64,000 nucleotides of DNA from Octopus sinensis. Its lineage: Eukaryota. The DNA is taken from the NCBI RefSeq assembly GCF_006345805.1, contig NC_043023.1:3348001-3412000 (forward strand). Reading direction: 5' to 3'. Made by a program: the position numbers and the translations under genes. Of the stretch, positions 1-12,333 are shown piece by piece (position 1 is the first letter of the stretch; each line of letters begins with the position of its first letter). A model generated the notes under the pieces. The model worked only from the letters and a program-made list of their open reading frames with translations. It ran no database searches and was not told the origin of the DNA.

Positions 1-232
1 TAATCGACTTAATCCGTTTGTCTATCCTTGTTTGACCCCTCTGTGTTTAGCCCCTTGTGGGTAGTAAAGAAATAGGTATTTCGTCTGCCATTACGTTCTG
101 AGTTCAAATCCCGCCAAGGTCAACTTTACCTTTCAACCTTTCGGGGTCGATATAATTGACTTAATCTGTTTGTCTGTCCTTGTTTGTCCCCTCTGTGTTT
201 AGCCCCTTGTGGGTAGTAAAGAAATAGGTATT
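1..232 (+). mobile_element. tRNA-derived SINE fragment (family B) with internally duplicated 3' part
   Basis: B-box-like GAGTTCAAATCC followed by ...CCTTTCGGGGTCGAT. The block GACTTAATC..GTTTGTC..CCCCTTGTGGGTAGTAAAGAAATAGGTATT occurs twice. Same family at 9160-9575, 12396-12510 and 61290-61655. Confidence 0.65.
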
Positions 233-403
233 GGCGGAGGTGACCTTGTGTCAGGTGATGAGAAGCTCAAGTGTGACAGAGGGATAGAAACAGTTGTAGA
301 GGGGATAAATGGTTACCAGTCAGTAGATTGAGTCTTCTACTCTAGCAGATACGGTAATTAGTTATGTGTTATTGGTCGTTAATTAAGTTCGTTATCGTTT
401 CAG

Positions 404-495
404 GACTGCTCAACCGCCGTGTGGAGGACATCTCCAAGCAGATGGAACTCCAGAGGAAGGAGCAAGAAAGGAACTACAGACTGGTCTTTAACTGA
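404..495 (+). CDS. Probable last coding exon of a gene starting upstream of the window (coiled-coil-like C-terminus LLNRRVEDISKQMELQRKEQERNYRLVFN*)
   Basis: Acceptor TTTCAG ends at 403. The frame from 406 is open to TGA at 493-495 with coding-like composition in otherwise AT-rich repeat DNA. AATAAA motifs lie near 1799-1812. Protein not recognised. Confidence 0.55.
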
Positions 496-689
496 ACGAC
501 CCCATCAAACATTGCAGGGCGATTGGAGGGACATGCCCTGTTGTTTTTCTCACACCTCCATCCATCTATCCATCCATTCCGAACATCAATACTATCCATT
601 TTGACAAAATCCCATCCAGCAATGGAACATTACACACATCTAGTTACTGCTTCCCGGAGCAGTTCCTACCCCCTAAAACATACAGACAT

Positions 690-1640
690 ACAGAATATCT
701 ATATGGAAATGTGGTGGGAGAACTGAGCCCAATGAAGCCCCACTCCCTACATTACACAGACCTACAAAATAATCATCTGGGAATGAGAGGGGACAGTGTT
801 CAGGGTAGTCCTTACCCCCTACAACACATATATACTTAAAGACTAACCATCTGGGAATGAGTCGGGTGGGGGACAAAGCCCAATGCAGTCCCTGTCCCCT
901 ACAACATACAGAATAACCATATGGAAATGTAGAAGGACCTGAGCCCAAAGAAGCTCCTACTCCCTACATTACACAGGATAACCATCTGGGAATGAAGGGG
1001 TGGGTACACTGCCAGAGCAGTCACACCCCCTACAACACGCATACATACAGAATAATCATCAAGGAGTGATGGGGACACTGCCCAGAGAGTCCCTGTCCCC
1101 TACAACACATATACACACAGAATGCCCAAAATAGTCTTCCTCCCTCCTTCTACAATACATATACATACAGAATAACCCTCTGGTAATGAAGGTGGACATG
1201 GCCCAAACAGCCCCTACTCCCTACAGCTCATATACATACAAACTAACCTTCATGGGATGAGGTGGAACAGAACCCAGAGTAGTCCCTACCCCTTACAACA
1301 CACATAGATACTGATTAACCATCTGGGAGTGAAGGGGAACACTGCCCAGAGCAGTCCCACCCCCTAGAACACACACAGAATAATCATCGGGGAATAAGGG
1401 GGTAACAGAGCCCAGAGCAGTCCCTACCCCCTACTACACATATACATACAAAATAACCTGAGAATGAAGTGGGGAGCCCAGAGCCCTATCCCCTACAACT
1501 CATATATATACAGACTAACTCTCTGGGAATGAACAGGGCATAGGGACCTGAGCAGTCTGCCCTCTACAACAGATATACACACAAAATAACCACCAGAGAA
1601 TTAGGTGGGGACAATGTCCAGAACAGTCCATATTTTGGGG
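690..1640. repeat. Degenerate ~70-bp minisatellite, about 13 units
   Basis: Recurring AATAACCATCTGGGAATGAAG...CCCAGAGCAGTCCCTACCCCTACAACACATATACATACAG with unit starts near 768, 843, 913, 979, 1051, 1171, 1242, 1313, 1379, 1452, 1514 and 1585. Confidence 0.8.
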
Positions 1641-2074
1641 GCTGATTGATAACCCAGACCAGTCACTGCCTTGTCCTAGAATACAGACTTACAGATTGAC
1701 CCTTATCTCCTTCTTCTTTGACTGAAAGAGAAGCACCTTAAGTTGTATTTTGGGGGCAATTTTTTTTCCTTTTGGTGGGGGGGGAGGGTTTTTTTAAAAA
1801 TAAAAAATAAAAGAATTGTTAAAGTTCCCTATTGTTTGGATTCTTTTCTTTCTCCCTCTTTTTTTTTGCAGAAATTGAAGAAAAACAACAACAAATATCT
1901 TACAAACTATAGAATTTAGTACCAGTTATAAGGAATCCACTCGTGGGATTCAACGCGTTAGAAAGAACAGCTAGGTTCTATAACCACAAAATTAGGGATA
2001 AAATTCGACAGGAACGAAATGAAAAAATAAAAACATTTTACCATCAAGTTTCCTGGACCAATTGGTTTCTGATT

Positions 2075-2228
2075 TTAGTTTAGCAAGTAAACTCCACCTG
2101 TCTAACACCCGTGGACATGTTTACAAAGTCAGAAAACAGCACAGCTCCCATGACTTTCAGAAACATTTTTTCACGCTGAGAATTGCTGAAGCATGGAACA
2201 AACTGCCGGCATCAGTTGTTAGTTGTTG
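2075..2228 (+). mobile_element. CR1/L2-type LINE ORF2 C-terminal fragment
   Basis: Translates as TRGHVYKVRKQHSSHDFQKHFFTLRIAEAWNKLPASVVSC, matching the TRGH...FF..R....WN.LP motif of CR1-clade ORF2 ends. Confidence 0.7.
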
Positions 2229-3237
2229 GAGAAAAAGGTGTTTTCTAAACACATTCTACCAGTATACGAAGTTTAAAAGTGTTTAGTTAACTAGAAATTA
2301 TGTTAAAAACTGCCATTCAAACCGAAAAGAACCTTTTTTTCTTCAGAAATGTAAATAAACCCAAACTGTTTCTTAAATGAGGGACATATTCATACGACAC
2401 AGAATGTTTTTTTACCTCAATAGACGTCATTGATTGGTTGAAATTGCAGAAATTGAAAAAAAACAACAAATATCTTACAAACTGTAGAATTTTCTCAATA
2501 AAGCCAAGAGAAAAAGATGTTCTATAAACACATTCTACCAGTATACGAAGTTTAAAAGTGTTTAGTTACCTAGAAATTATGTTAAAAACTGCCGGTCAAA
2601 CCGAAAAGATCTGAAAGTTTTCACCTCAATAGACGTCATTGATTGGTTGAAATTGCAGAAATTGAAAAAAAACAACAAATATCTTACAAACTATAGAATT
2701 TTCTCGATAAAGCCAAGAGAAAAAGATGTTTTATAAACACATTCTACCAGTATACGAAGTTTAAAAGTGTTTAGTTACCTAGAAATTATGTTAAAAACTG
2801 CCGGTCAAACCGAAAAGATCTGAAAGTTTTCACCTCAATAGACGTCATTGATTGGTTGAAATTGCAGAAATTGAAAAAAAACAACAAATATCTTACAAAC
2901 TATAGAATTTTCTCGATAAAGCCAAGAGAAAAGGTGTTTTATAAACACATTCTACCAGTATAACGAAGTTTAAAAGTGTTTAGTTACCTAGAAATTATGT
3001 TAAAAACTGTCGGTCCAACCGAAAAGATCTGAAAGTTTTCACCTCAATAGACGTCATTGATTGGTTGAAATTGCAGAAATTGAAAACAAACAACAAATAT
3101 CTTACAAACTATAGAATTTTCTCGATAAAGCCAAGAGAAAAAGATGTTTTATAAACACTCTACCAGTATACGAAGTTTAAAAGTGTTTAGTTACCTAGAA
3201 ATTATGTTAAAAACTGCCGGTCAAACCGAAAAGATCC
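2229..3237. repeat. Tandem array (~209-bp period) of the terminal part of a GGATC-TIR MITE
   Basis: The TIR end AAAAACTGCCGGTCAAACCGAAAAGATC recurs at 2608, 2817, 3026 and 3233. The same sequence occurs as single MITEs at 37768 and 52260. Confidence 0.85.
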
Positions 3238-3339
3238 CTAACTTTTCTTTTTTTATCTAACTTTTGAGTTTCCTTAAGTTCAAATAATGTTTGAAATTGA
3301 CAGATATTGATTTTTAACACCTGGATGACAGGTATGTTT

Positions 3340-5150
3340 AATACAGAAGAGAGAGAAGCTGAGATGGAGGGGGAAAGGCAGAGAGAGAAGGAGGAAAGGT
3401 GAGAAAGTAAGTGAAAGAGGGCAGGAAGAGAAGCGGGGAGTGAGAAGTATAAAGAGAAAGGATAGGGTAGAGAGAGAGGGGCTGACGGTAAAGTGTGAGA
3501 GTCAGAGACAGACTCAAAGTGGTGGGGGATTACAGGTCGGTGATAGAGACGGTGTCAAGAGTGAGGGGGGAAATGAAGGCAGAATGTGATATGGAGAGAG
3601 AGGAGGAGGAGGGAGAAAAAGAGAGATAGTAAGGGAGGTTGGGGTAAAGTTTGATGGTAGAGAGAGTGATAGGGAGAGTAAGGAAAGAGAGGCAGCGGGG
3701 AAGAAAAGGAGAGAGAAAGGAACAGAGTGGGAAGGGAAGATAGAGAACAAGAGAGAGGGGTAGCGAGGAAGGGAAAGAGGAAAATGTGAGTGACAGGGAG
3801 AATAGAGAGCAGAGAAATGAGGTGGGAGGGAAAAGCAGAGAGAGAAAGAGTTTGGGAATGGTAAGTAGAGATAGAAGAGAAAGGTGACTGACAGAGTAGG
3901 ATATAGGAGCGTAGCAAGAGAGAGAGAGTGGACTGTGTGTGAGGGAGAGGTCAGAGAGAGACATAAAGTGTAGATAGGCAGAGAAAAAACAAGAGAGGGG
4001 GAAAGAGAGAAATAGAGAGAGGCATAGGAGGAAGGAAGGAGTTACAGGTCGATGATAAAGAAAGGTAGATAGTAGAGAGAGAGAATATATCGAGAAGGGC
4101 GGGAAAAGGACAGAGAGGGAGGAAATAAGGTAAAATATGTGAGGAAGGAAAGAAGAGAAAAATCGAACGAAGGAAGGATATTCTGGCTCTTTAACGGAAG
4201 TAAGTAGCGGAAGAGGCGTAATTTGAAAATTGTGTGGAAGAGAATAATAGATTGACGGAATGAATGGAGGAATGGTGTGTTTAAACGAGGACGATTGACA
4301 CGTGAGGAAGGGTAGATGGATAGTGAGGGAAAGTGAAAGATAGATAGATAGAGAGAGAGAGGGGGAGTTTTGAGAGATAGATAAAGAGAGGGGGTGGTGG
4401 CGGAGAGAGAATAGATGGATAGTGAGGGAAAGTGAAAGATATATAGATAGAGAGAGAGAGGGGGAGTTTTGAGAGATAGATAAAGAAAGAGAGAGGAATA
4501 GTGAGGGAGACGAGATATAGATAGATATATATATATAGAGAGAGAGAGAGCGAAGGGGGTGGGGAAAGACATATACAGAGAGAGAATAGGTAGATAAACA
4601 GAGGTTGAGAGAGGGAGAGAGAGAGAGTGATGGAGAATGGGAAGAAGAAAGATAGACAGAGGCAATAGATGGACAAAGGTGAGGAAATGTGAATAGAGTG
4701 ATGGGGCTTGGGGGGAAAGAGACAGACAAATGGGAAGGAAAGGAGATATAGATAGATAGGTAGGTAGGTAAGTAGAGAGTGAGACAGGGAGAGTGATAGC
4801 TGGATAGATAGATAGGTAGAGAGAAAGAGAAATAGAGGGGATAGATAGATAGGTAGATAGATAGATAGATAGATAGATAGACAGATAGACAGATAGATAG
4901 ATAGACAGACAGATAGGTAAATGGATAGATAGACAGATAGATAAATAGATAGGCAGGTAGATAGATAGATAAATAGATAGATAGACAGATAGGTAGATAG
5001 ATACATAGACAGATAGATAGATAGATAGATGGATGGATAGATAGATAGATAGATAGGCAGACAGACAGATAGATAGTTATAGAGATGGATAGATAGATAG
5101 ATAGACAGAGAGATAGGTAGATAGATAGATAGGTAGATAGATACATAGAC

Positions 5151-5188
<38 letters not shown>

Positions 5189-7291
5189 GCAGACAGACAG
5201 ATAGATAGTTATAGAGATGGATAGATAGATAGATAGACAGAGAGATAGGTAGATAGATAGATAGGTAGATAGATACATAGACAGATAGATAGATAGATAG
5301 ATAGATGGATGGATAGATAGATAGATAGATAGATAGACAGACAGATAGATAGATAGATAGGTAGACAGACAGATAGATAGTTATAGAGATGGATAGATAG
5401 ATAGATAGACAGAGATAGATAGATAGTTATAGAGATGGATAGATATACAGATAGATAGATAAAACGTGAAGGAGAGGAGAAATAAATAGAGTTTGTTGAA
5501 TAGAAAGAGAAAAATGAGTTGCTAGATGGAGAGATGAGGAAAGAAAAAGAAATAGGAGTTGAGAGAAATATAGGAAGGAAAGAAGAAAGATAAATCTCCT
5601 TCTCTCTCTGTCTTTATGTTCCTTTCTAGGAGAGCAGAGAGAAAGGGAGAATCGAAAGAGGGAGAATGTGTGCAATAGAGAGAGAGAGAGAGAGGAGAGA
5701 CAGAAAGGGAAAGAGATACTGAGGAGAACAGTGTGAGTGAGAGAGGGTGTAAAAGCTAGTTCAATATTGTGTGTGTATGTGTGTTTACGTTATGTGTATG
5801 TATGTGTGTGAGGAGACAGAGAGAAGGAAGAGAGAGAGAAGAAGGAAGAGAGAGAGAGAGAGAGAGAAGAAGGAAGAGAGAGAGAGGAGGAGGAGAGAGA
5901 GAGGAGAGAGAAGAAGGAAGAGAGAGAGAGGAGAAGAGAGAGAGAGAAAGAAGAGAGAGAGAGAAGAAGAAGAGAGAGAGCAGAAGGAAAAGAGAGAGAG
6001 AAGAAGGAAGAGAGAGAAGAAGAAAGAAGAGAGAGCAAAAGGAAAAGAGAGAGAGAAGAAGGAAGAGAGAGAAAAAGGAAGAGAGAGAAGAAGAAAGAAG
6101 AGAGAGAGAGAAGAAGGAAGAGAGAGAGCAGAAGGAAAAGAGAGAGAGAAGAAGGAAGAGAGAGAAAAAGGAAGAGAGAGAGAAGAAGGAAGAGAGAGAG
6201 AAGAAGGAAGAGAGAGAGCAGAAGGAAGAGAGAGAGCAGAAGAAAGAGAGAGAAGAAGGAAGAGAGAGAGCAGAAGGAAGAGAGAGAGCAGAAGGAAGAG
6301 AGAGAAGAAGGAAGAGAGAGAAGCAGAAGAAAGAGAGAAGAAGGGGGAGAGAGAAAAGGAAAAGTAAAGACGGGTAGAGAGGAAGAAAGCAGTTACAGAA
6401 TAATGGAATGAAGGAATGGACATAAGAAGATGAACTTAAGACCAGAAATAAAATGGAAAAAAAAGGGAGGGGGAAGACCAAAATTACAAACAAGGAATAT
6501 AACAGGAGGAGAAGGATGAGAAAGAGGGGGAAGTGGAGGAAGGGGAGGAGTCTAGGCGACAAGGGAAGGAAAAGAGTGAAGCAGTTCGGAAATCGAACGA
6601 ACGCGAGTGGTAGCGTTAAGCAGAATGACAGAATAGCAGGAGGATGTGTTCGATATTTGGAAAAAAAATCAGGTAAAAATAAACCAGCAAATAAAAAAAA
6701 GCAAAACACGAGAATGAATGGATGGGAGGCAATTCTTGTGGCGAAGAGCAAAGGAGGAATTTCTGTAAGGAAGGACATAGCACCCACGTTCGCTCTCTTT
6801 CTCTCTTTTTTCTTTCCTTTTTCCGTGTGGATTTTGACAGAATATAGGAATGTGGAGGAAAAACACCACGTGAGCCGCTGGTAAGCACAGCTAACCCGTT
6901 CCATTAATGTACATGTTGATATATAGCTGTGTATATATATATATATATGTATGTATATGCATGTATATGTTTGTGTATATGTATGTGTATATGTATGTGT
7001 GTGCATCTCTGTATATACATACATATATATATAGGCATTCATATATATACATGTTTTGTTGTGTATATATATATATATATATACATGTGTATATGTATGT
7101 GTGTGCATCTCTGTATATACATACATACATATATAGGCATTCATATATATACATGTTTTGTTGTGTGTATATATATATATACATGTGTATATGTATGTGT
7201 GTGCATCTATGTATATACATACATATGTATGTATGTGTGTACACACACATATATATATATATAGGCATTCATATATATATATATGTTTTGT

Positions 7292-7322
<31 letters not shown>

Positions 7323-7561
7323 TGTATGTATATGTGTGTATATGTTTGTGTATATGTATGTGTGTGCATCTATGTATATACACACACACATATATATATA
7401 GGCATCTATGTATATACACACACATATATATATAGGGATTCATATATATATATATATGTTTTGTTGTTTGTATATATATGTATGTATATGTATATATGTG
7501 TATATGTTTATGTGTACACAGACATATATATAGGCATTCATATATATGTATATGTTTTGTC

Positions 7562-7607
<46 letters not shown>

Positions 7608-8575
7608 GTGCATGTGTATGTGTGTACACAGACCTATATATAGGCATTTATATATATGTTATGTGTGTGCATATATGTATGTGTAAATACATGCAGAATA
7701 CAGATATGTATATATATACATCTTTGCATGTATGTATGTACACACAGATACATGCATACATACATACATGCATGCATACATACCTACATGCATACATACA
7801 TAGATATGTATATATATGTGTGTGTGTGTGTTTGTATATATATATATATATATATACCCTCCCCTGTATACATATATAATTATAGACGCATGTGATTATG
7901 TGTTGTACTGTCATAAACACACAGTTGTCAAAATACTTGTGCACACATGGCTATGTATGTATAACCACAAATACAGTTATACACATATCTACACTTGTAT
8001 ATATATATGTGTGTGTGTGTGTATGCACTTTAATATTTACTTGCATGTATGTATATTTATACTACACATAACAATGTGTTGTTTATATGCATGTATTTGT
8101 GTATATATAAATGTACAACGCATCTTTGAGTGCATGTATGTATATATACACACACATATTTATAGATGCACAGAAGCATGTATGTATATGTGTATATTTG
8201 TAATATATGTTTGAATGTTAAAATACATATATATATACACAAAATATGCATATATATATGCACATGTGTGTGCTTGTATATATGCATTTATATATATATA
8301 TATATATACATACATGTATGTATACATTAAACTCTAAGTATATGCACCCATTTCCTTATAAATATACACGTGCTGGAGTGTATATGTATATGTGTATTTA
8401 TGTTATGTCTAGGTATCCATTTATCTATGCATAAATGTATATAAGTACGTGCACAATTGTATACCGAGAATCATATCTTTCTATGTCTGTCTAAATCTAT
8501 CTATCTATCTATTTATCTGTCTGTCTGTCTATCTATCTGTCTATTTGACTGTCTGTCTATTTGTCTGTCTATCTG

Positions 8576-8630
<55 letters not shown>

Positions 8631-8695
8631 GTCTATTTATCTGTCTGTCTGTCTATCTATCTGTCTATTTGTCTGTCTGTCTATTTGTCTGTCTG

Positions 8696-8736
<41 letters not shown>

Positions 8737-8751
8737 ATATCTGTCTATTTA

Positions 8752-8784
<33 letters not shown>

Positions 8785-8900
8785 TTGTCTATCTATCTGT
8801 CTGTCTGTCTGTCTGTCTGTCTGTCAGTCAGTCTGTCTCTGTCTATCTATCTGTCTATCTATCTATCTATCTATATATATATATATATATATATATATAA
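3340..8900. repeat. Compound microsatellite/low-complexity field (GA-rich, GATA, GAA/GGAA, TA/CA, TCTA)
   Basis: Directly visible simple repeats. They account for all long low-complexity ORFs in this interval. Confidence 0.95.
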
Positions 8901-9160
8901 CAACATAAATAATATATAGATATATGCATATATACATACATACATGTACATACCTACATCTATATGTATATATACATGCATATATGGGTACAGGACATTG
9001 AAAAAACGTTGAACACAATGAGAAATGAAGACATAAAAACAAAAACATGGAAACGAACTTTTTTTCAAATAAAAGAAAAGAAACAGAGTACAAGACAAGC
9101 AACACAAGGAACATTCCCCTTCTTCAGTTGTCCCTGTTTCGTCTACTCCGTGTTTCGAAT
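8900..9160 (-). repeat. Interspersed repeat; inverted copy at 11290-11545
   Basis: GGAACATTCCCCTTCTTCAG...GTTTCG here is the reverse complement of CGAAACAGGGGCAGCTGAAGAAGGGGAATGTTCC near 11303, and the similarity extends about 250 bp. Confidence 0.7.
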
Positions 9161-9575
9161 ATCTATCTATGTATCTATAATCGACTTAATCTGTTTGTCT
9201 GTCCTTGTTTGTCCTCTCTGTGTTTAGCCCCTTGTGGGTAGTAAAGAAATAGGTATTTCCTCTGCCATTACGTTCTGAGTTCAAATTCCGCCGAGGTCGA
9301 CTTTGCCTTTCATCCTTTCGGGGTCGATAAATCAAGTACCAGTTATGCACTGGGGTCGATGTTATACACGTATAAAGTGGGTAAGCTCGCAGAATCATTA
9401 GCACAACCAGCAAAATGCTTAGTGGCATTCCACCCATCTTTACGTTCTGGGTTCAAATCCCACTGATGTTGATTTTGCCTTTTAACCTTTTGGGGCTGAT
9501 GAAATAAGTACCAGCTGAAGCAGTGGGGTTGATGTAATCAGCTTATGGCCTACTCTGAAACTGCTGGCTTTGTGG
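9160..9575 (+). mobile_element. tRNA-derived SINE family B, tandemly reiterated segments
   Basis: GTTCTGAGTTCAAATTCCGCCGAGGTCGACTTTGCCTTTCATCCTTTCGGGGTCGAT, with a second degenerate copy immediately downstream. Confidence 0.7.
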
Positions 9576-9593
9576 CAAAATTTGAAATCTATA

Positions 9594-10020
9594 TACTCTT
9601 TTCTCTTTTACTCATTTACTTGTTTCAGTCATTTGACTGCGGCCATGCTGGAGCACAGCCTTTTGTCGAGCAAATCAACCCCAGGACTTATTCTTTGTAA
9701 GCCTAGTACTTATTCTATTGGTTTCTTTTGCCGAACCACTAAGTTACGGGGACATAAACACACCAGCATTGGTTGTCAAGCGATGTGGGGGGGGGACAAA
9801 CACAGACACACAAACATATACACACACGTACATACATATATGTGTATATATATATATGCGACGGGCTTCTTTCAGTTTCTGTCTACCAAATCCACTCACA
9901 AGGCATTGGTTGGCCCGGGGCTATAGCAGAAGACACTTGCCCAAGGTGCCACGCAGTGGGACTGAACTCGGAACCATGTGGTTGGTAAGCAAGCTACTTA
10001 CCACACAGTCACTCCTATGC
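9594..10020 (-). mobile_element. tRNA-derived SINE family A
   Basis: On the minus strand: head GGAGTG(G/A)CTGTGTGGTAAG (A box), G.TTCAGTCC (B box), central (TA/CA)n tract and tail ACTGAAACAAGTAAA. Confidence 0.85.
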
Positions 10021-10091
10021 ATATATGTGCACAAGCATACCAGTTAATGTATATACACAAGCATACACACACACAAACATATATAAATATA

Positions 10092-10133
<42 letters not shown>

Positions 10134-10355
10134 CACAATTAAAGGTTACAAACCTCATTCAGGGATAGCAAAATCCTATGCATATATGTGTATATATAAA
10201 TGTACAATGCATCTTTGAGTACATGTATGTATATATACACATACGTATATTTATACAAGTACTGGTTAATTACCTATATAAAGAGTATTGAACATTATAT
10301 TTAATACTCAACTGCAAGGTAACTATATATATCGTGGTTTATGTATATTTATATG

Positions 10356-10505
10356 AAGATGCGAGAATAGAGAGGTAATTAATAAATCATTATTTATTAA
10401 TTAAAAAATTGACAAACATCCCTTACAGCTGATTTAATTTGGCCCCTGTCAGATTTTTAATTAATAAATAGTAATTTATCAATTACCTCTCTATTCTCTC
10501 ATCTT
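10356..10505. repeat. Short foldback (palindromic) element
   Basis: Left arm AAGATGCGAGAATAGAGAGGTAATT...TTGACA is an imperfect inverted repeat of TGTCAG...AATTACCTCTCTATTCTCTCATCTT. Confidence 0.8.
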
Positions 10506-10521
10506 ATATATATATATATAT

Positions 10522-10914
10522 CTTTTACTCTTTTACTTGTTTCAGTCATTTGACTGTGGCCATGCTGGAGCACCACCTTTAATCGAGTAACTCGACCCCG
10601 GGACTTATTCTTTGTAAGCCCTATCGGTCTCTTTTGCCGAACCGCTAAGTGACGGGGACATAAACACACCAGCATCGGTTGTCAAGCAATGCTAGGGGGA
10701 CAAACACAGACACACACATGCATATATATATATAATATATATATATATACATATATATGACAGGCTTCTTTCAGTTTCCGTCTACCAAATCCACTCACAA
10801 GGCTTTGGTCGGCTCAAGTCTATAGTAGAAGAAACTTGCCCGAGGTACCACGCAGTGGGACTGAACCCGGAACCATGTGGTTGGTAAACAAGCTACTTAC
10901 CACACAGCCACTCC
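10522..10914 (-). mobile_element. tRNA-derived SINE family A
   Basis: Same head, body and tail as 9594-10020. Confidence 0.85.
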
Positions 10915-11535
10915 ATCAAAATGGTTTGATTCAAATTCATTAGTACTGCTGAGTATTAAACACGATTTCAAAATAGCTGATGACTAGCATCACACTTGAA
11001 ACTCAAGAGTACCAATGAATTTTAATCAAACTGTTTTGATCCATTCATGTAACTCCCAATAAATTGGTTGAATGCCCTTCTTTTGTTTGTCCACTCACTC
11101 GTATGTATATGTGTGTTTGTTCTGTCTTTTACTGTTTTTATCTTTATTTGTACTGTTGTTTTATTTACTTGTATTGCTTTTACGTCCTGTTCTTGTCACC
11201 TTTTTTTACCCCTCTGCAAAAAATTTTTATTTAATTCATTTGCGGGAAGGATTGTTTCAGTGTAGTCGTGTTCTGCCCTTACCTTCAAAACACGCATTGA
11301 GTCGAAACAGGGGCAGCTGAAGAAGGGGAATGTTCCCGCTGTTGTTTGTCTTGTACTCTGTTTTTTCGTTGTTAAAAAAAGTCTGTTTCCTTGTTTTGTT
11401 TCTGTTTTCGTTTCTCGTTGTGTTCTACGTTTATTTGTGGTGTCCTGTACTCATTCATGCATGTATATATACATATAGATGTAGGTTTGTACATATATGT
11501 ATGTATGTATGCATATGTTTTATTTATTAAATTGT

Positions 11536-11569
<34 letters not shown>

Positions 11570-11796
11570 TGGAGTAAGCACATAAATGTGAAACAAGGTG
11601 GAAAAAAGAGTACTCAAATACCAGAGGTAGAGTAATATGCTTTGTGAATAAAGCTGCAAAGACATCACAAAAACTTACTCAGAGTTTCACGTTCCTGTTC
11701 ATTGGACAGTTTTGGTATTCAAAATGTGTCCGTGTGTGTACCGTTGGCGATTTTTTTTCCTCTGTCTTCCCTTCTCTGGATCTTTCCTTCTCCTAT

Positions 11797-11831
11797 GTTT
11801 CCGACGAAGAGCTCCGCTCGAAACATTAAAC
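11797..11831 (+). ncRNA. Variant minimal hammerhead-like motif (CCGACGA core); second copy at 14519-14553
   Basis: GTTT CCGACGA A GAGC-TCC-GCTC GAA ACAT T AAAC. Helix I is 4 bp and helix II is 4 bp, but the core deviates (U4C) and helix III is minimal. Confidence 0.3.
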
Positions 11832-12121
11832 CCTCCTTCTTTCCTTCTTTCCTGAGCGTCCAATAATACTATATTTGTTCCACATCCTCGCGTTGTTGTG
11901 TTTTCTCTTTGTGTTTTCATGTTTGGATTAACTTTATATATATATATATTTAGAGTAGTTGTATACTGTCAACTCAATGTGACAGTCCCATGAAGGGAAT
12001 CATACTACTGCTATTTAGCCCTAGGAAGCAGCACCACTCCCTGTCAGCCTTGACACATTTCCTGTGTCCTTATGTTTACAAGGGGGAGACAAGCACCCCC
12101 CCCCCCCAGCTAAGCCTGAAT

Positions 12122-12162
12122 CCAGAGACTAGTTTCTGAGACTTTGCTCATCATCAGTCTGG
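12122..12162 (-). ncRNA. Minimal type I hammerhead ribozyme
   Basis: Minus strand reads CCAGA CTGATGA TGAG-CAAAGT-CTCA GAA ACTAGT C TCTGG: intact CUGAUGA/GAAA core, 5-bp helix I, 4-bp helix II, palindromic helix III (ACTAGT) and a GUC cleavage triplet. Confidence 0.75.
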
Positions 12163-12292
12163 TGTAGCATGGCCTGCTAATTGGAGATGCCTGTCTAGCC
12201 CTTTTGCTGGTTGTGCTAATGTTTCTGCCAGCTTGCCCCCTTCATACGTGTATATATTAACAACAGAAATATTACTAGCAGGCCATGCTACC

Positions 12293-12333
12293 CCAGACTG
12301 ATGAGGAGCAAATACTCAGAAACTAGTCTCTGG
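12293..12333 (+). ncRNA. Minimal type I hammerhead ribozyme, second arm
   Basis: CCAGA CTGATGA GGAG-CAAATA-CTCA GAA ACTAGT C TCTGG. Same fold, but the first helix II pair is a G-A mismatch. Confidence 0.6.

Noticed and set aside
419-948. ORFs 419-604, 523-726 and 673-948
   Set aside because: These are alternative frames over the probable real exon (frame 406-495) and the minisatellite, and none has recognisable protein features.
3514-8919. Long ORFs (up to 582 aa) rich in YLSI, ER/EK, YI or SL
   Set aside because: They are translations of GATA, GA, TA and TCTA microsatellites that lack stops in some frames. There is no domain content.
11300-11345. GAAAC...CTGAAGA considered as a hammerhead (also 9105-9145)
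   Set aside because: No NUH cleavage site or consistent helices could be built in any circular permutation.
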